DNA of 64,000 nt, taken from the NCBI GenBank assembly GCA_036745755.1, contig DAIOFM010000003.1:42562-106561 (forward strand), read 5' to 3'. The position numbers and the translations under genes are program-made. The stretch comes from Spirochaetota bacterium (GTDB lineage: Bacteria; Spirochaetota; UBA4802; UBA5550). Under the pieces are notes generated by a model. The model was given only the letters and a program-made list of their open reading frames with translations, ran no database searches and was not told where the DNA came from. Shown here piece by piece: positions 47,701 to 56,630 of the stretch. The first letter of the stretch is position 1. Each line of letters opens with the position of its first letter.

Positions 47701-50151
47701 AACCTTGCCCTAAAACCGGATAAGGAGAAATATTCGCCCGGTGAAACCATCAGAATAAAAATGAAGATAACAGATGAGAAGGGCTCCCCTGTTTCAGCTG
47801 ACGTATCACTTGCCGCTGTTGATGAATCTATCTTCATGATACGATCAGACAACACACCTGAAATTTCAGGATACTTCTACTCAAAGATATCAAACTGGGT
47901 ACTCACCGCGTACTCGTACCCCATAACCCTCCTTGCAGGGGCGGGAAAGGACGCACAGGTCAAGGTACGGAAGGATTTTAAAGACACCGCATTCTGGAAA
48001 GCGGGAATAAAGACCGACAGAAACGGAGAAGCGGAAATTTCATTCAAGGCCCCGGACAACCTAACCACCTGGAGACTCACAGCCCGCGGCCATGACATAA
48101 AGGGACGTATGGGGGAGGCTAGAAAAAAATTCCTTTCAACACAGGACATTATAGCCAGGCTGGGTAAACCGAGATTTCTTGTTGAAGGTGACCGGGCCGG
48201 TATAATAGGGATCATAAACAACAATACCGATTCAGGGATAGAAAAGATCTCAACCGATCTGAAAATTGACGGCAAAAAAGTCAGGCCTGATAAAGACTTC
48301 TCTGTAAGCCTCACAGGTTTCGGTTCAGCAAGGAAATTCTATACACTTGACGTTCCGGAGGGGAAAGACAATATTGCACTTCAGTACTCCGTACTTACCC
48401 CGGAAAAGAAAGGTGATGCTGTTCAGCATAACATACCTGTTGAAAAAAGGGGAATTAAATATTCAATCACAGGTTCAGGAGACGCCTCAACCGGCGGTGA
48501 AATAGAAATCAGACCTGTTAAGGGGGATGAGGATTTTGAGTTTGTCCCGGAAGAGATAAGGGTCACGCTTACACCGTCTCCGCTGCTGCAGATGTTCAGG
48601 GCAGCCGAGTACCTTAACAGTTACCCCTACGGCTGCGTTGAACAGACAATCAACAGGTTTTTACCGAAACTTGCCATACTCTCCCTGCTTAAAAACAGGG
48701 AGTATGAAAACCTGATACCGGAAAAACTGAAAACCGGCATAAAGAATGACATACCTGAAGGGATCAAAAAAATCGAAACCTCGCAGAACTATGACGGAAC
48801 ATGGGGATGGTGGAGCGGAGACAGGGGAAACGGTTATTTAACAGGCTACGCTCTGTTTTCTCTCTACCGCCTGAAAGAGTACGGCTACAGGATAAACAAA
48901 AGTGCTGTAGATAAAGGCCTGGGCGCCCTGCAGCGGTTCTTCCGTGAAGAGAAAAAACATAACAGGGATGAACTTTCATATCTCATGTATATATATGCGC
49001 TTCACCAGAGGTGGGACCACGGCACATTCAAAAGGATAGCCTTTGACAAAAAGATCAACCCGTACCAGGCGGCAAACCTCCTTAAGGCGGTTACTCTCTT
49101 CAGGGGAGCGGGGAAACTTCAGGATTTCGAGGCCCGTGAAATAAGCCAGTCTGTAAATGTGCTTAAAAAAACTATAACAGAAACCGCCGGAAAAGACGCA
49201 TCCGGTATATACTGGCCTGTAACGGAAGGCCAGGCATGGTCATGGCCCGGAGGAAGGGGCGAAATTACGGCACACGTGATGTCGGCACTGGTTCTTTCAG
49301 GTGACAGATCCTCCATGTCTGAGCAGGCCCTTGCAGCCCTGTCAAAAAGGTTTAACGGTGAGTGCTGGAACTCTACAAAAGAGAGCGGCACGGTTATACT
49401 TGCTATATGTGATTACCTTAAAGGAAAAGACGCGGGCTTTAAAACATCAGGAAAGGCCTCGTTCTCCCTTAACGGCAGCAGGCTGGGGGATATATCGTAC
49501 AACCTTAAAGAGAACAGGAACTTAAACCAGCTTTCCAGGACTTTCAGGCTCTCACGGAACAGCAGCAGCGGTTCGTATAAACTTAAAGCCGAAGGCGATC
49601 TCTCGGGCGGAGCAGTGGTGTCAGCAGCGGTAAGCGGCACACTCTACTTCAGGCCAAAAGGATTTTTCTCTTTTCTTAAATCTGAAAAGAGGAACATAAA
49701 GGCCCTTTCCAACGGCATTGATGCAAGGAGGGATATGTTCTACCTCAACCGCGTAAAGGACCACAAGATGCAGGAATACCTGGTACCCCAGGAGGCCGGC
49801 GAGAAGGGTAAAATCAGCGTAGGGGATGAACTCCTTGTAAGGCTTAAATTCAGACCGGAGGAAAGCTACGGCTTCCTTATACTTGAAGACTTTCTCCCCT
49901 CCGGTTTCGAGGTTGTGAAGGAGTCAGCGTATAACGAATTCCAGCCGTACTCGCATGTTGAGAGGCGAGATAACCGTATGGTCTTCTTCTTCACCGGGAT
50001 TGAAAAGGATAAAGAATACGAGGTGGCCTACATTATACGCGCCGAACTGCCTGGCAGTTTTATCATGCGTCCCACAAGGATAGGATGCATGTACCAGGAT
50101 GAAATCCAGGGATGGAGCCAGCCCACAATAATTGATGTCAATAATGAATAA
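44785..50151 (+). CDS. bacterial alpha-2-macroglobulin (thioester-containing, YfhM/ECAM type) with N-terminal CarboxypepD_reg-like repeats
   Basis: 1788 aa with a signal peptide. Three prealbumin-like repeats ('GKITDSATGKPVKGAVIEIKN...', 'ISGTVKNSSGRVLPDVEVSL...', 'VSGKVSIQGIDSP...'). Intact thioester motif 'YPYGCVEQT' (CVEQ codons 48634-48645). Typical A2M blocks 'DTAFWKAGIKTDRNGEAEISFKAPDNLTTWRL' and 'SLAAVDESIF'. C-terminal receptor-domain-like 'FLILEDFLPSGFEVV'. Confidence 0.92.
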   Translation: MKKSRVAALCALILSAMVLTDIAPVTFDSSVNPAYAGTDELEQKAYIEGKITDSATGKPVKGAVIEIKNANRGVGYYKTESNWRGLYRIDNFIPYIKYEIEVSAKGYVSWTQTSSITSVKNDIRLTKESVISGTVKNSSGRVLPDVEVSLKPSYGYYNGAGGNYPTRPVFTKTDSKGNYRFNKLRAGPYLVTFTRGGYITETASLSGIKSAEDFRLQMVMYRPATVSGKVSIQGIDSPAVNINVNAGGRYNYSNITYRDGSFLLEDVKPGNYTLTLSHQGFNTIKVKNLKVREGENRDNLKYSIKAKSPDIKIHSYRYTFTPGNEVEFNLRTLRLDTVHVKVYRVPVENFLADNRDPEDLNPARAGFKTVTEWEQGVKDFNPYEWMYFSVRVNKPLAAGGYCIEASGKGGILSRKFFTVTNLGVVVKRSPENISAYVTDLVQNRPLKNVTVVIYDHRFKKINNETYLNESQGIDIERLPVKVLGKGKTDKDGIFRSRASSGEKMFLLAVSDEGSYAICGAGASNYYRSEKDKLFIYTDRPVYRTGDKLHFKILAKRMEQKFIPIKNRTLYYSIQKSYSGKIISSGEMRLDEWGTIHGSADIPSDSELGYFTIKAGFSKKDMYGTGSFYIEQYRKPEFKVEIMPSKAFFINGETAEFKVESKYFFGAPLPNALVKYRFFERKIQSSDDPMADEYNSRSSYSRMKLEGEKYTDANGNTLLKIAAGNYPYDREITLEASVTDKSNVTITSSRTVKVGRGEFYIKITPEENFFGAKSEKRVTVTALTHSGKPVSTSLELNLLKYIWKPVQRVYVHDTRPYFTKKITTDKKGRAEFRLPSDFTAYGEFDLTAAGTDARGNSITGSKIIWIYNDAGGDSESKFRNLELTVNKSELSGPGEITCLIKSRFKDSYALVTLEGRDLYEYRVIKMSKNIMPVKFKIDRKLAPNLFVRCAMQRGRALYTAESEVAIPVEDVKLNLALKPDKEKYSPGETIRIKMKITDEKGSPVSADVSLAAVDESIFMIRSDNTPEISGYFYSKISNWVLTAYSYPITLLAGAGKDAQVKVRKDFKDTAFWKAGIKTDRNGEAEISFKAPDNLTTWRLTARGHDIKGRMGEARKKFLSTQDIIARLGKPRFLVEGDRAGIIGIINNNTDSGIEKISTDLKIDGKKVRPDKDFSVSLTGFGSARKFYTLDVPEGKDNIALQYSVLTPEKKGDAVQHNIPVEKRGIKYSITGSGDASTGGEIEIRPVKGDEDFEFVPEEIRVTLTPSPLLQMFRAAEYLNSYPYGCVEQTINRFLPKLAILSLLKNREYENLIPEKLKTGIKNDIPEGIKKIETSQNYDGTWGWWSGDRGNGYLTGYALFSLYRLKEYGYRINKSAVDKGLGALQRFFREEKKHNRDELSYLMYIYALHQRWDHGTFKRIAFDKKINPYQAANLLKAVTLFRGAGKLQDFEAREISQSVNVLKKTITETAGKDASGIYWPVTEGQAWSWPGGRGEITAHVMSALVLSGDRSSMSEQALAALSKRFNGECWNSTKESGTVILAICDYLKGKDAGFKTSGKASFSLNGSRLGDISYNLKENRNLNQLSRTFRLSRNSSSGSYKLKAEGDLSGGAVVSAAVSGTLYFRPKGFFSFLKSEKRNIKALSNGIDARRDMFYLNRVKDHKMQEYLVPQEAGEKGKISVGDELLVRLKFRPEESYGFLILEDFLPSGFEVVKESAYNEFQPYSHVERRDNRMVFFFTGIEKDKEYEVAYIIRAELPGSFIMRPTRIGCMYQDEIQGWSQPTIIDVNNE

Positions 50152-52105
50152 ATTTTTCAGGAGGGGGATTATCCCCCTCCTGCTAACGCTTTTTATAGTC
50201 TTTACCGATCATTCAGCAACGCCGAACCAGTTGCCCTCAAACAATATTCTCAGGATAAACATACTATCAAAACACCTTGAATCTTTCAGAAAAAACAGCA
50301 AAGGGGGCCTGAACTTCAGGCTGCCGGCAGGGACACTTGCACGGACAGATGACAGCGAAACATACATCAAAGATCTCGAAATAAAGTACGCCAATGAAAT
50401 GTTCAGAATATCCGCAGGGGAAAGGGAATTGCATTCCGGGAAATACCTCCTCCATTCAGAAAAAGATGGTTCACTCTGCACGGTATTTATTAATGGGGAG
50501 GCGAGGGTCTACCCTCTCCCGGTTGAAATAATCCGGCAGAAAAACAGCATCAGAATCTACATCTCTGAAAATGCAGGGCAGTACGCAATAGACTCAGCCT
50601 ATTCTGAACTCGGGCATGAACTGGCAGGAGAACCAGAAGCGTTATACGCCCTTGCACTTGCCATCAATGCACGGTGCGGCATAAAGCCATCACGCAGCAG
50701 GCACAGCGACTGCGACTTCTGCGATCTTACATGCTGCCAGACATACAGGGGAAGGTGCGGGCTGCCTCCACTGACCGGACCGTTTATCGACACTTCAGCA
50801 ACTGAAAACCGGTTTTTCTTTCATTCATCCAGCGGAGGGAGGCTCTTCACTGAATCGGTCTTCAACAGTGAAACAAGAAAAAATAAACCGCCGGCAGACA
50901 GGCTCTACTCTGCAAACCTTCACCTCAGCAGGGAAATGCACAGTTCATGGGAGGCAAGGCTCCACAGAAATGAAGCCGCTGAAATTCTGCTCCGGGGGAA
51001 AAACACCATTCTGAAGGATATAGTCTATGAACCTGAACTGGAGATTACTTTACTCTACACGCCTGAAACAGTAAATAAGATGCCCCCTGAAAAATTCAGG
51101 CTGCTCATTAACAGAAAAAAGGGGTGGAACTTCATAAAGAGCAACAACTACACTCTCACATCTGACGGCAATAATTTTATCTTCAGGGGTTCAGGACTGG
51201 GCCACTGTACAGGGATGAGTATGGAAGGCGCATTTCAGCTTGCTTCACACGGTTACTCAAGGTATGAAATACTTGAACATTATTATCCTGACCTTAAATA
51301 TATCTCTTCCGGTAATAAAACACAGAGCAGTCAGTATATACTATATAATATTAATACAGGGGAAGTAATCCGATCCTCCTCCGGCCCTACCCTCCTTGAC
51401 AGACGGGTACCGTGCGGATCCATATTTAAACTGTTCCCCGTTTTATACCTTGCGCAGGAAAGGAAAGACATTTTCTTCAACCATAAATTCACCTGTAAAG
51501 ATGATCACCCCTCCCCCCTCCCCTTACACTGCTGGGACAAAAAGGGACACGGCGAAATGGATCTGAAAAAAGCCGTGAGCAACTCGTGCAACATATGGTT
51601 CGCCTCACTGCATGACAAAATTGACAAAAACGGGTTCCGCCGTTGGTTTAAAACGTTCACTGAAAAGCAGGGTATCTCAATGCGCATACCCCGGACAAAA
51701 AACGAAAGCCAGTGGTGCGAACTCCTTGCAGGCCTGAACTTCAGGGCTGACATCGCGCTAAAGGATATAATGATACTCTCTATTTATATAAATAAAAACA
51801 TAAATAATGGCGGAGGGGACATATCACCGGTGGAGGCGGACACGATATCAAAGGCGTTAAGGAACACATTCATATCAGGCACGGCAAAAATCACGGAGAA
51901 AGACATTGAGGCTGATCCGGTCCTCGCTTCTCTCCCGGAAAAGCTCTGGGGCAAAACAGGCACCATGATTGCCGGAACCAATTCCCATTTCTCATACGGT
52001 CTCTTCACAGGGGGAACAGGGGAGAAAGGGATCATTGTGCTGGTAAGAAAAGGTAAAGGAACTGACGCTGCCCATCTTGCGGTGAAACTGCTGAAAGAAG
52101 AATAA
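50144..52105 (+). CDS. SpoIID/LytB-domain - penicillin-binding transpeptidase fusion protein
   Basis: ATG 50144 overlaps the A2M stop (50149-50151). Signal/anchor 'MNKFFRRGIIPLLLTLFIVF'. SpoIID-type blocks 'DFCDLTCCQTYRG', 'FFHSSSGGRLFTES', 'GLGHCTGMSMEGAFQLASHGYSRYEILEHYYP'. PBP motifs SxxK 'SIFK' (51419-51430), SxN 'SNS', KTG 'KTGT' (51953-51964). Confidence 0.8.
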   Translation: MNKFFRRGIIPLLLTLFIVFTDHSATPNQLPSNNILRINILSKHLESFRKNSKGGLNFRLPAGTLARTDDSETYIKDLEIKYANEMFRISAGERELHSGKYLLHSEKDGSLCTVFINGEARVYPLPVEIIRQKNSIRIYISENAGQYAIDSAYSELGHELAGEPEALYALALAINARCGIKPSRSRHSDCDFCDLTCCQTYRGRCGLPPLTGPFIDTSATENRFFFHSSSGGRLFTESVFNSETRKNKPPADRLYSANLHLSREMHSSWEARLHRNEAAEILLRGKNTILKDIVYEPELEITLLYTPETVNKMPPEKFRLLINRKKGWNFIKSNNYTLTSDGNNFIFRGSGLGHCTGMSMEGAFQLASHGYSRYEILEHYYPDLKYISSGNKTQSSQYILYNINTGEVIRSSSGPTLLDRRVPCGSIFKLFPVLYLAQERKDIFFNHKFTCKDDHPSPLPLHCWDKKGHGEMDLKKAVSNSCNIWFASLHDKIDKNGFRRWFKTFTEKQGISMRIPRTKNESQWCELLAGLNFRADIALKDIMILSIYINKNINNGGGDISPVEADTISKALRNTFISGTAKITEKDIEADPVLASLPEKLWGKTGTMIAGTNSHFSYGLFTGGTGEKGIIVLVRKGKGTDAAHLAVKLLKEE

Positions 52106-52260
52106 AGGGTTATACTTAAATAATTTCAGGATAAAAATTATAAATAATTAATGACAATAAAAGTTCCTGAAATGCAGAATAAAATTGTTATTATACACTT
52201 CATCAGTATGGCTTTACATTACCCGAAAGGAAATAATATATTTATAATCTGGAGTTTCTC

Positions 52261-53394
52261 ATGATAACCGGATATAGTGATGCGTATATAATACTTATCG
52301 TGTTCAGTTTCTTCAGCGCTTTTTTCGGCCCTGTGCTTTTCATGGCCGAACTGGCAAAGCCGGACAAGTCTAAACAATCCAGAATTTTTACCTTCTCACA
52401 GTTCATGCTCGGCATATGGGCTTTCCAGATTGCCCTTTATTCAACTGGCATAATAAAACACTACCAGGTGATTTGCACTGCTCTGCTGCCATTCGGTTTT
52501 TATGCCGCCTCCCTGCAGGGGATGCGTTTTAAATGGATTTTTGAAAACAGCAGGGGATCGCTTCTGACCCCGGTTGTAACCCTTCCTGCTCTGATAGCTC
52601 TTTTATATATTCTGTTCCCGCTGTTATCACCGGCAACTGACTACAATACGGATATGATGAATTTCGTGCCTGTCTGCAGCAGGGAGTTCTCTGCCCTTCC
52701 GATCTACTACCGCGGGCTGCACCTGCTCTTCCCTCTTATAAGTTTATATCATATTATACTCCTTGCAACTCCCCTTGCTTCAATATCCTATATATGGAAA
52801 ATGGAAAACAAGGCCGGTTCACTTAACTTTGTAAAGGCCGCATATATAAGTGATACATTACTGATTGTTACATCTGTTTTTTTAATGACAGGGTTTCTTT
52901 TCAGCAGGGTGATACTCTTTACAGGTCTCCTCTTCGCGAACCTGGCATATATAACGACATTTGTAAATGCCCACCGTTTTCCAAACTTTAACGGCAGGCT
53001 CCACTTTGAGGTAATAAAGGCAAGATATGAACATTCCAAAATAAGGGGCATTGATGTTGATCTTATAATAAACAGGCTCTCGGACATGATGAGATATGAA
53101 AAGGTCTATGCGGATGAAGACCTTTCACTGAAAGGACTCGCCGGGGAACTGAACATAAGCCCCCAACAGCTCTCCCAGATTCTCAACGAACGGCTCAATA
53201 AAAACTTCAACAGATACGTAAATGAATTCAGGCTTGAAGAGGCAAAAAAAATGCTCCGTGATGAACCGAAGAGATCCATAACGTCGATCGCCTATGCCGT
53301 TGGGTTCAACTCCAGTTCGACCTTTTCCATTGTATTCTCAAAGTATGAAGAATGCACTCCAAGGGAATACCGGTTAAAGAACAGCCCGGAATAA
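52261..53394 (+). CDS. membrane-anchored AraC family transcriptional regulator
   Basis: The N-terminal ~235 aa have about 7 hydrophobic segments. C-terminal AraC HTH: 'LSLKGLAGELNISPQQLSQILN', 'ITSIAYAVGFNSSSTFSIVFSKYEECTPREYR'. Confidence 0.85.
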   Translation: MITGYSDAYIILIVFSFFSAFFGPVLFMAELAKPDKSKQSRIFTFSQFMLGIWAFQIALYSTGIIKHYQVICTALLPFGFYAASLQGMRFKWIFENSRGSLLTPVVTLPALIALLYILFPLLSPATDYNTDMMNFVPVCSREFSALPIYYRGLHLLFPLISLYHIILLATPLASISYIWKMENKAGSLNFVKAAYISDTLLIVTSVFLMTGFLFSRVILFTGLLFANLAYITTFVNAHRFPNFNGRLHFEVIKARYEHSKIRGIDVDLIINRLSDMMRYEKVYADEDLSLKGLAGELNISPQQLSQILNERLNKNFNRYVNEFRLEEAKKMLRDEPKRSITSIAYAVGFNSSSTFSIVFSKYEECTPREYRLKNSPE

Positions 53395-53482
53395 AAAAAT
53401 TTCCCCTCTCCCGATGCTGCCGGTATAAAATCACCGGAAGAAGGGAGGAAATACTTCAGACATTAAAACTCAATCAGTAAAA

Positions 53483-55117
53483 TCAAAGGGCCCCTCCCAG
53501 CTCTCGCTTTCTGAGCTCCTTACGGTCAATCTTGTTCACATTTGTTCTTGGAAGCTGATCAATAAACTCCACCTGAGTCGGCACCTTGTATGGAGCCAGC
53601 GATTGTCTGCACCATTCAATAACCTCGTCTTCATTCAGGGTCTCTCCCGGTTTTGTCACAACAAAAACCTTGATAGTCTCCCCGCGTTTGGCATCAGGAA
53701 TTCCTATAGCGCTCCCTTCAAGGATCTTCGGATGGGCGAAAAGGACCTCGTCTATATCGCGGGGATAAACATTGAATCCGCTGCATATTATCATGTCCTT
53801 TTTACGGTCCACGATAAAGATATAACCGTCCTCATCCATGTAACCGATATCTCCCGTATACAGCCAGCCGTCCCTTATCGCGATAGCTGTCTCCTCCGGG
53901 TTATTCCAGTACTTTTCAGTAATCAGAGGCCCTTTAAAGATAAGCTCCCCCGGCTCCCCGATTGGCATATCATCTGTCCCCTTTTCAAGGTCCACCACCC
54001 TGCAAGCAATGTCAGGAAATGGAACTCCCACTGAACGGACTTTCTGTCTGTTGACCGGGTTTGTAGTTATGCCGTTTGTTGTCTCTGAACCGCCGTAACC
54101 TTCAAGGATCTTTGCACCTGAAATTTCCTCAAAAGTTCTCATTGTCTCTTCAGGAAGAGGGGCTGAGCCTGAAAGTATACATTGAATGCTCCTGACCCTG
54201 GATGCTTTCAGTTCAGGGTGAAGGGTAAGAAGATGCAGCAGGGTCGGTACCGTAGGCCAGAAAGTCGGCTCATACCTGTTTATCGCTGCAATAATATTAT
54301 CAGGAGTAACTTCCGGAATAAGGACTATGCTTCCCCCTGTATATGTTGCAAAATTAAAAGTTGTATTGATCCCGTAAATATGATAAAGAGGGACAGTACA
54401 GAGGCATTTATAATGCTCACTTGAGATTAGAGACGATGCCCATTTTAAATAACATGTGGAAACAGTTATAAAATTCGCGTTTGAGAGGCAGCAGCCTTTC
54501 GGCACACCGGTTGTCCCGCCTGTATACTGAAGACTCACAATCTCTTCAACAGAAGCGGCCCTGTCGGGAATCTCGGGCATTACACCCCATATTGCTTCAT
54601 TAAGATCAATAAAACCCGCCTGGACACCTGTTACGACCTCTTTACCCGGAACCTGAATAACCAGTATATTATCAAGACTGCTTTCACCGCCCTCTTTTAT
54701 CGCCCTGAACTTTTCAGCAACCGGGCTTACGGTAATTACTGTTTCTGCGCCGCTGTCAGTGAAAAAAAATGTAAGTTCAGGCACAGTGTAAAGAGGATTC
54801 ATCGGTACAAGAATCGCGCCTATCTTCATGCATGCATGACAGGCGATAATGAATTCCGGTATATTCGGAAGCCCCAATGCAACCCGATCCCCCTTTTTTA
54901 CTCCAAGATCAAGAAGAACCTTTGCCAGCCTGACAGCTGTATCATTAACAGTGGAATAACTCAACTCCCTGTCTCCGGAATAAATCATAATTTTGTCAGG
55001 ATGTTTTTCAACCCATTTCAGAAACTGATCCTTAAGTGGAACCTTTAAGTAATCGAAAGATTTCGGTATGCCTTCCTCATACCACTTCTGCCAGAATTTT
55101 GAATCATAGATACCCAT
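53483..55117 (-). CDS. AMP-dependent acyl-CoA synthetase (long-chain-fatty-acid-CoA ligase-like)
   Basis: Start placed at ATG 55117 (MGIYDSKFWQ...) with an AAGGAG RBS 6 nt upstream. AMP-binding motif 'LQYTGGTTGVPKG', plus 'YGGSETT', 'TGDIGYMDEDGYIFIVDRKKD', 'PRTNVNKIDRKEL'. Confidence 0.88.
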   Translation of the reverse strand: MGIYDSKFWQKWYEEGIPKSFDYLKVPLKDQFLKWVEKHPDKIMIYSGDRELSYSTVNDTAVRLAKVLLDLGVKKGDRVALGLPNIPEFIIACHACMKIGAILVPMNPLYTVPELTFFFTDSGAETVITVSPVAEKFRAIKEGGESSLDNILVIQVPGKEVVTGVQAGFIDLNEAIWGVMPEIPDRAASVEEIVSLQYTGGTTGVPKGCCLSNANFITVSTCYLKWASSLISSEHYKCLCTVPLYHIYGINTTFNFATYTGGSIVLIPEVTPDNIIAAINRYEPTFWPTVPTLLHLLTLHPELKASRVRSIQCILSGSAPLPEETMRTFEEISGAKILEGYGGSETTNGITTNPVNRQKVRSVGVPFPDIACRVVDLEKGTDDMPIGEPGELIFKGPLITEKYWNNPEETAIAIRDGWLYTGDIGYMDEDGYIFIVDRKKDMIICSGFNVYPRDIDEVLFAHPKILEGSAIGIPDAKRGETIKVFVVTKPGETLNEDEVIEWCRQSLAPYKVPTQVEFIDQLPRTNVNKIDRKELRKRELGGAL

Positions 55118-55363
55118 AACTAACTCCTTAATTGAAAAATTCATATCCGTTTTTGCCATGAATATCTTACGATAACTTTATCAGATGATCTTTTAAAAAT
55201 ATATATTTAGCAAAACCCGTTTTTTAAATATATATTTTTAAAAAAGCCCCCTTGACGGTTTAGTGAAAAGTTTATATTTTAAAATTGTCAGTATTTTATA
55301 AAATACTTAAACATCTTAAACTCAAATTTTACTGAAAGACTATAACCAGACCGGAGAAAAACT

Positions 55364-55852
55364 ATGGAAGCTAAAAAAATAAACGACAGCAGTGTAACAG
55401 TGGTCCAGCAGATGACTCAACAGGATGCAAACCTTGCCGGAAACGTTCACGGCGGAACAATAATGAAGCTCATAGACAACACCGCAGGTATCGTCGGCGT
55501 GCGGCATACAGGAGGGAATGTTGTAACAGCTTCAATTGACAGGCTAGATTTCCACTCCCCTGTATTTGTAGGCGAACTTTTAAGGGTAAGCGCAAGCTTA
55601 AACTATGTGGGGACAAAATCGATGGAAATTGGCGTACGAGTTGAAGCCGAAAACTTCCTTACAGGCGAAAGGAGGCATACCGGTTCAGCATACCTGACAT
55701 TCGTGTCCCTTGACGAGCATTTTAAAACGCGCCGGATTCCCCCGATAATTCTTGAAACAGAGGATGAGAAGAGAAGAAACTGTGAAGCGCAGCAGAGAAA
55801 AGAAGCAAGGCTCCATGCAATTGAAATGGGAAAAGAAAAATGCAGTATATAG
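55364..55852 (+). CDS. acyl-CoA thioesterase (hotdog fold)
   Basis: 'ANLAGNVHGGTIMKLIDNTAGIV', 'ASIDRLDFHSPVFVGELL' and 'TGSAYLTFVSLD' are typical of YciA/BFIT-type thioesterases. Confidence 0.8.
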   Translation: MEAKKINDSSVTVVQQMTQQDANLAGNVHGGTIMKLIDNTAGIVGVRHTGGNVVTASIDRLDFHSPVFVGELLRVSASLNYVGTKSMEIGVRVEAENFLTGERRHTGSAYLTFVSLDEHFKTRRIPPIILETEDEKRRNCEAQQRKEARLHAIEMGKEKCSI

Positions 55853-55877
55853 CTCCCCCCCTTAAAAGAGGGGGGAG
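55853..55877. terminator. C/G-run hairpin between convergent genes
   Basis: CTCCCCCC (55853-55860) / GGGGGGAG (55870-55877) with a 9-nt loop. There is no clear T-tract on either strand, so its terminator function is uncertain. Confidence 0.35.
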
Positions 55878-55884
55878 ACGGAGA

Positions 55885-56601
55885 TTATTTCATAGATACA
55901 GCCCTGGGTGCCCTGATTTTAAAGAGAGAATCAATATACTCCTTTACAACAGGGTCACTGCTGTCTCTGCAGTAAACAGAATAACGCAGCAATGGCTTTG
56001 TGACTGTAGAGTACCCCTTTCTGTAATACTCGGTTTTAAACTGCATGTAATATCCGCCGGCATTTCTGCCGTATGTAAAAAGCGCTTCATATTTATTGGT
56101 TTCGTCTATTTCCATAAGCTTTATATTGAAACCGTAAACATCCTCGAACACGGCAGTATTGTCATTTTTCTTTAAAGTATTCTCTAACGCATCAAGGGAT
56201 CTCATTTGATCAGTATAATTTTTCCTGAAAGCGGTGCCTGAGATAATATCTCTTTTAAGCTTCGCAATATCATCTGTGAAAAATTTAGAATCAGATGTTT
56301 TTCTTATCCTGAATTTTTTTGTGCCCGGGAAATATTCCACAACTGAATCAATTGTGTTATCACTGTTTTTATCATTTATAAGAACAATCATCTTCTGCAC
56401 ACCTGAAAAATCACCGATTACAATGCAGCTGTCACTTCCGACAGACTGAAAAAACATGTAGTTACGGTTATCGTCAGGTACAGGAAAATGCTTTATCCTG
56501 TGAGGTGTGACTTTATTGACCTGAAGATCATCAAGCGCTATTGAAAACGCCGATGAACTGAGAACAAAAAACAATATTGTAAAAATTAATGATTTTCTCA
56601 T
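55885..56601 (-). CDS. secreted hypothetical protein
   Basis: Start placed at ATG 56601 (MRKSLIFTILFFVLSSSAFS, signal peptide) with a GGAGGAT RBS (rc of 56606-56612). Lies 29 nt downstream of the valS stop. No family recognised. Confidence 0.6.
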   Translation of the reverse strand: MRKSLIFTILFFVLSSSAFSIALDDLQVNKVTPHRIKHFPVPDDNRNYMFFQSVGSDSCIVIGDFSGVQKMIVLINDKNSDNTIDSVVEYFPGTKKFRIRKTSDSKFFTDDIAKLKRDIISGTAFRKNYTDQMRSLDALENTLKKNDNTAVFEDVYGFNIKLMEIDETNKYEALFTYGRNAGGYYMQFKTEYYRKGYSTVTKPLLRYSVYCRDSSDPVVKEYIDSLFKIRAPRAVSMK

Positions 56602-56630
56602 TTTTATCCTCCGGAATATTTTTACAGACA

